Below are positions 57,662 through 64,000 of a DNA stretch of 64,000 nucleotides, piece after piece. Made by a program: the position numbers and the translations under genes. Source of the DNA: Octopus vulgaris (lineage: Eukaryota); contig OX597816.1 in NCBI GenBank assembly GCA_951406725.2, positions 72,912,001 through 72,976,000 on the forward strand. Direction: 5' to 3'. The notes beneath the pieces are model-generated. The model was not told where the DNA came from, did not search any database, and worked only from the letters and a program-made list of their open reading frames with translations. The number at the start of each line of letters is the position of its first letter. Positions within the stretch are counted from its first letter, which is position 1.

Positions 57662-57830
57662 CACATACATATATACGACGGGCTTTTTTCAGTTTCCGTC
57701 TACCAAATCCATTCAGAAGGCTTTGGTCGGCCCGAGGCTATAGTAGAAGACACTTGCCTAAGATGCCACGCAGTGCGACTGAACCCGGAATCATATGGTT
57801 CGTAAGCAAGCTACTAACCACACAGCCACT
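57390..57830 (-). mobile_element. SINE family B, full length
   Basis: Reverse complement of the family B layout, including the internal (TA)/(TG) tract. Confidence 0.88.
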
Positions 57831-59109
57831 CTAAGCAATACAAATAGATATTCACACTTGGTTTCAGCTGTTTCATCAGTCTCAACCGTTCTGGATGGCC
57901 CCCAGATTTTTATTGCCACTCAGTTCCAACCATTTTCTTCCTCACTCCCTCCTCCCCTTCCTCCACCACCTCCTCCTCCTCCGCCGCCGCGGATCAACGA
58001 AAACATGTATTTTCTTTCAGTCTTTTATTTACATCTGTAAACGATCTAATGCTTATAATACAAACTTTCTCTTGCAATAACGAGCGACATATTTAAATAC
58101 GCGCTAAAATGTTAATTACATTTAACAATATTTAATCAAACGAAAAACAAGAAACAACTTGTCTCTAAGCATGTAACGCTGTTTTTAATCTTATGAACCA
58201 ATCTTCATAAGGAAGAATCTTTATCTTTGAAATTCCACCATAAGTTCTTTAATCAATGAATAATTCTCTGCAACTCTTTTCACAGCTATTTATGCTTAAT
58301 CGCAGCAAACTATTGATTGAATGCGTTTACACTCGACAATGCGGGTATGGAAACAGAGATCAGATTATGCGAAGGACAGTTATGTAAATTTAGTGACACT
58401 AGTAAGTTGTGGAAAGGCATCAGCAACGTTATGAATACGAGCGTTTTATCAGGAGAATTGCTTAATTATCATGGAGCCTTCAGATTTGTCAAATACCAAC
58501 GTTTTACGCTTCGTTGATGTGAGACAAATATGCAAGTCCACCAATTTGTCTCGTTAAGATTCGTGCTAACCATCGTCGCTGCGCATTGGGAATGTTCAGA
58601 TCGCTCTATCGCACATAGCTGTGACGTCATCCACGCAATTGTACGCCATCTTCCTGCACGTCAGATCAATGGAAATGTTCTAAGCTTAGTATGCCGAAGC
58701 TCCGGCGGGATAAAAGGTAAAAGACGACTTCGGCGGGTTTTGAACTCAGAATTTAGACATCCAGAAAAATGTCACAAAGCATTTTGTTTGACGCGCCGAG
58801 GATTTTGCCAGCTCGCCGCCTTCAACAGGATAATAATAATAATGTTGGTTTCAAATTTCAGCACAAGGCCTGAAATTTTAGTGGTAGTGGTAGTGGGTGT
58901 GGATAAGTTGATTACATGGAGGCGAGCAAAGTGGACCTCGGTCGAATTTGAACTCAGAGCATAAACAACAGGGGAAAATGCCACTAAGTATTTTGTCTAG
59001 AACAATAATGATATTGGTTTCAAACTTAGACACAAAGCCAGCAATATTTGAGAAGAGGGGAAGTCGATTACATCGCCCCCAGTTTTTAGCCAATGCTTTA
59101 TATTATGTG

Positions 59110-59402
59110 AGGCGACTAGCTGGCAGAAACGTTTGCACGCTGGACGAAATGCTTAGCGGTATTTCGTCTGCCACTACGTTCTGAGTTTAAATTCCGCCGA
59201 GTTCGACTTTGCCTTTCATCCTTTCGGGGTCGATTAAATAAGTACCAATTACGCACTGAGGTCGATATAATCGACTTAATCCGTGTGTCTGTCCTGGTTT
59301 GTCCTCTCTGTGTTTAGTTACTTGTGGGTAGTAAAGAGATAGGTTTTTCGTCTGTCTTTACGCTCCGAGTTAAAATTCCGCCGTGGTCGATTTTGCCTTT
59401 CG
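59110..59402 (+). mobile_element. SINE family A followed by a partial tandem second head
   Basis: Full copy to ~59343, then a repeat of TTTCGTCTG...GAGTT.AAATTCCGCCG. Confidence 0.85.
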
Positions 59403-59560
59403 CCCTCATCAAGTGAATGGAGTTCATCAGAGAAAAATAATTAACGAAGGGGTCTATAGTTAAAAAATATAGTTGAGGACTACTGAATTAAACCTTCCAC
59501 AAAACTTTCTGGTCTGTTTGCTTATGTTACGTACGATTGATATTCTAGTTAGCTACCAAA

Positions 59561-60060
59561 GCGGCGAGCTGGCTGAAACGTTAGCACGCCGGGCGAAATG
59601 CTTAGCGATATTTCGTCTGTCTTTACGTTGCGAGTTCAGATCCCGCCGAGGTCGACTTTACCTTTCATCCTTTCCCTATATGGGAAACTACCACCTGTAT
59701 CATCTCTTGTGAAAAGTAGAAGAGTCCAGTTTGCTGCACATTGTTGTAGAGCTGAAAACGAGGTAATTTCTGCTCTCCTCCTCTGGAAGCCATCTACTCG
59801 CGATACCAGAGGGCGCACACTCTCCTACCCTAATGTAATCTCCAGGGATACAGGCATCCAGCAACAGGACCTCCGCAATGCTATGATGGACCGTGAAATC
59901 TGGCGTAGCATAGTAAATTCCATTGTCTCGACCACGGTCGAACAATAATAATAATAACAATAATAATAATTCATCCTTTCGAGGTCGATAAATTAAGTAC
60001 CAGTTGAATCGACTATCCTCCTCCCCCAAATTTCAGGCCTTGTGCCTATAATAGAAAGAA
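59561..60060 (+). mobile_element. SINE family A variant interrupted by a LINE 3' fragment
   Basis: Head 59561-59674 resumes at 59970. Confidence 0.82.
59675..59969 (+). mobile_element. 5'-truncated RTE-group (RTE/RTE-X/Proto2-like) LINE 3' end with (TAA)n tail and TSD
   Basis: YGKLPPVSSLVKSRRVQFAAHCCR..LLLWKP..RGR..AMMDREIWR; TSD TTCATCCTTTC at 59664-59674 and 59970-59980. Confidence 0.85.
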
Positions 60061-60998
60061 TTATAGTTAGCTATAGTTATTATTATTAAATATAAGAGCG
60101 ATACACTGACAAGATCTGTTAGGTGTTTTGCGGTATTAAAGAATGCAAATCTCGCCCATCTCAGCTGCGTCATTCGTCCATAAAATAGATAACATTTAAG
60201 TACTTGAATCGATTATGTCGACTGGCTTTCCGCTCAGTTGTTGAATGTAGTGCAACACTGATTACAAACCTGGTCTATGTATGTTCTTAGAGTTGGAAAA
60301 CGTAGTGGTTTCAAATTTTGGCACAAGACCAAGAATTTTGGATGAGGGGATAAGTTGATTACCCAGTCCTCGACTGGTAATTATTTTATCAACGTCGAAA
60401 GAATGTTTTGTTAGCAGGTTTAATTAACAAAGTCGATTCCGGTTAACGTAAAGTCGAAAGAAATGCTGCTAAGCAGTTTGTTCGGCGCGATAACGATTCT
60501 GCCAGCCCCGCCGACTTAGTATTGGACTACGTATAAATACGGTGAACTGAGTTGCGGTATTTATTCCAGGTCTCTACATTCTAAGTTCAAATTCTGCTGG
60601 GTTCAGTTTTGCTTTTCATTTTTTTCCGGAATATATAGAATATGACTAGTTGGGAGGGGGTAACAGAACTGTTATATTGTGGTAGATATGGTTTATGCTA
60701 TTCGTTCTTGCTCTTTACATTTGCACTTCTTGAGTGGTAGACCATAATCCTTTGCTATATTTCAAGCCATCATCCGGAATCTTGGTTGTTTTTAGCGGCG
60801 TTTCCATTGCTGCAAGCATTCACGGTCACGTCTCCAGTTTGAGGTTAACCTCCTCACTTCTTTATATCAATCTCAGGGGTTAGAGGCCCTCAAAAAGAAA
60901 TAAAATGTCATGGTGGTTTTCCTTTTCTTTCCTACAAAACGATATAAGGAATAAATTATACAAAAATATATTCAAAGAATTTATTAAATGAATAAAAT

Positions 60999-61110
<112 letters not shown>

Positions 61111-61845
61111 GTATATACATATATATATATAGATATATATATATATACATAAACACATAAACACACACACACATACATACATATATATATACGTTTACAT
61201 ATACATATATACATGCATATATGTATACATAAATATACACACACACATATATATATAAATGTGTGTGTATATGCGTAGGTGTGTATGTTATATATTTATA
61301 TGTGTACATATGTAGATGTATTTATCCATGTATGTACGTATGTATGCACGTGTATGTGTGTCTGTCTGTATTTGTGTGTGTGAAGAAATTTAAGAAATGT
61401 TTTTATTTTTCCTGTAATGACCATTGATATAAAAATTTGAATTTTGTAGCTTCACTAGTTTCTGATCTACAAGAGTGGATACTCAACCAAGCAATTAATC
61501 AAGCAAACACAGGCGAGAATGGGACAAAAACAAACAATGGAAAGTAATTGTTTAGTGGTTGGATATGTTGGAAAAATGGGGGAAAATGAGAACGATACAG
61601 GAAAAGAAACAAGAAAATGAAGACGTAAAATATCACCATTTGCAGCCGATATCGGTAGATGGCAGACGATATCGGTAGAACGTCAGACGTGTATTACTTG
61701 CGGTTTTTAGTTACATCCTGTTATGTTCTGAGTTCAAAGTTCACCGGAATAATCTTGTAAACTTTCCGGGGTCTGTCAGAGAATTGCCAGTAAAATATCG
61801 GGGTCGAATCAACGGAGTATTTCAATCTCAGATTCAAACCATTAG

Positions 61846-61846
<1 letters not shown>

Positions 61847-61927
<81 letters not shown>

Positions 61928-62012
61928 ACACACATACATACATACATATCTATCTATACATACATACATACATACATACATACATACATACATACATACA
62001 TACATACATACA

Positions 62013-62042
<30 letters not shown>
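61847..62042. repeat. (TCTA)n then (TACA)n microsatellites
   Basis: Directly visible. Confidence 0.97.
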
Positions 62043-62043
<1 letters not shown>

Positions 62044-64000
62044 CTTTATATGCTCTTTTGATTTAGAATTTTGATCGGCCATTTCGTTGATAAAGCATCT
62101 CGTTTTGTTCCTTATCCTTTAAAACTAAGGAATGTCATAGATTTTCTCTTCCCCAGATATCGTGATTATTTTGTAGTGTACAAGATAAGCAGTTGCTTCT
62201 CTTCTCAAGAACCTAAGTTCAGGAATACTGTGCTTTGAATGAGTTGGTGTGTATCCTAACTATTATTTTATATAGTAATAACAGGTACGACGTTAGAAGT
62301 GCGTCTTGGAGACTGGATTTATAAATTCGTTATAAATGGTCTATAGATACTCTCTTCATTTTTTTAATGACATAGCTATCCAGATGGAAGTTGATTCCTA
62401 CAGCAGAGACTCATTTTTTTCTTGTAGTCCCACACAATATCTGACCGGTTGTGTTTTAATGTTTTTGTTTTTAAGTTCCACCAATATTTTCGTCACCCAT
62501 TGGTCGCAATAAACTCTGTTTTGTATGTTTTTTTTTTTTTTACCTTAACCTTGTTCTAGACAATTCTTGCAACCAAATCATGCTTCATGCTCCCGCCTTC
62601 TACACGCACATACACGCTCTTCTTCAGAAACAAGGGAAAGTCAAATAAAAGGGAGGACGGAGCAAGAAAATCGCCAACGATTCACATACGGTTACATGTA
62701 TAAAAAAAAAAAGAAAGACAGATAGGTAACTAGGTAGATAGACAAACATACACAGATATAGATAGATAGATAGAAAGAGAGAGAGAGAGAGAGATAGTGG
62801 GGGGGAAGAGATAGATAGATAGATACATACATACATACATACATAAAGCAAGAGAGAGAGAGAGATGTACACGTGAAACTTAGTTATAGACTAGTATATC
62901 TCCCCAACTGTTATACAATAGCATTATGTATATATGTGTGTGAGTTGGGAGAAAGAGGGGGGACAGAGCGAGAAGGATTACCTTAGTTAACGTTGCTCAA
63001 CCCTGGACAAACCTAATCCTTTTCTTAGACTGATAATCAAAAATTTTCCAATCATTTCTATCCTTCAAATTTTGTTTTTAAAGGTGAGGAGAATATGACT
63101 TGATAAATACTTGTCTTGCTATCGCTATAGAAACGGCCATCTAAGGACTCATTTGTATTCGATCCCGAGTGGGTTATTTGGTTATTTTTCTTCGCTTTAT
63201 ATGAATTAGAAAACACGATCGTTCTTTCTATTTATCGTCTCAGTTGTGTCACAACGACAACGACTATGACTCGCTAGAAATATCAGCCAAATCTACATTA
63301 AATCACATTCAATCGTCTTAGAAAATTACTCATTTCAGAATGTAGTCATGGGTTATTTTCATGTAAGAATTGCGTAGGATGATCATGGGTGGAATGCCTT
63401 TAATTATTGGTCTATTCATAAGAGTTAGCTTGAGGCTAAACAACAACAGCAACATGCCCACAAGGTAAGTTTTCCGTAATTCATCAATATGCAAGAAATA
63501 GTAGCCAAATCTTTCTCAAATCGTAGTCTTCTGCATCGCAGTAAAGGAAACTTTAGCTGATAGAATTAACGATACAGTATTGCTGAAAACAAAGAAGCAT
63601 GATGGGATGGCCATGAGTGTGGTGCTTTGTCAAATATTGCCTAGGGCTAAATAACATCATCATCGACACTATAGCCAGTAACTTGATCATCACAAATAGC
63701 ACCACTACCACGCTACCACTACCGCACCAACTATCAATATTTCGACCGCGGCGACACATTAATATCACACCTACCATTATAACGATGACAGCCACCATCA
63801 CCGTGAACACGAACATACACGTCACCTCTACCCCAATCTTCCCATTTCTTCCTATTTCTTCCTTCTTCTTCTTCCCTCTGTTTATTTCTTCCTTCACTTT
63901 TCCCTTTTCTTTCTCTCCATCTCTCTTTTTCTCTGTCAGTTCTTCTCGTTCTTTATCCCATCTCTCTTTAACTTAAAAGCCAATCAAATATCCGTATTTT

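Noticed and set aside
60770-60850. Minus-strand hammerhead (CTGGAGA...GAAACG)
   Set aside because: No convincing stem I or stem II pairing.

Overview
Eukaryotic, very repeat-rich, apparently intergenic or intronic DNA. The SINE families and the density of (TA)n/(CA)n/(TAA)n/(ATCT)n microsatellites suggest an octopod cephalopod; this is my inference, not a database result. I can support no intact host protein-coding gene: nearly all listed ORFs are microsatellite translations. Recognisable content: at least six tRNA-headed SINE families; decayed retrotransposon fragments (CR1-like RT, R4/Dong-like, RTE-group 3' end with TSD, L1/Tx1-like C-terminus, Penelope-like C-terminus); decayed DNA transposons (two mariners, two pogo/Tigger, hAT-like MITEs); and a 14 x 17-bp minisatellite. 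The main unexplained structure is a set of mutually unrelated, mostly non-coding 0.2-2.6-kb inserts that sit in (TA)n tracts and occur as partial-tandem or inverted repeats. They carry minimal hammerhead-ribozyme motifs with palindromic stem III. The best motifs are at 7504-7548(-), 7902-7946(+), 23888-23922(+), 27995-28072(-), 30327-30404(+) and 40232-40266(+). This looks like a Penelope-like/retrozyme-type system. A second notable signal is an inverted, locally duplicated ~280-bp non-coding block (20355-20630 vs 25822-26095) with a near-invariant, foldable core. All coordinates were read by eye, so element boundaries may be off by a few to tens of bases.
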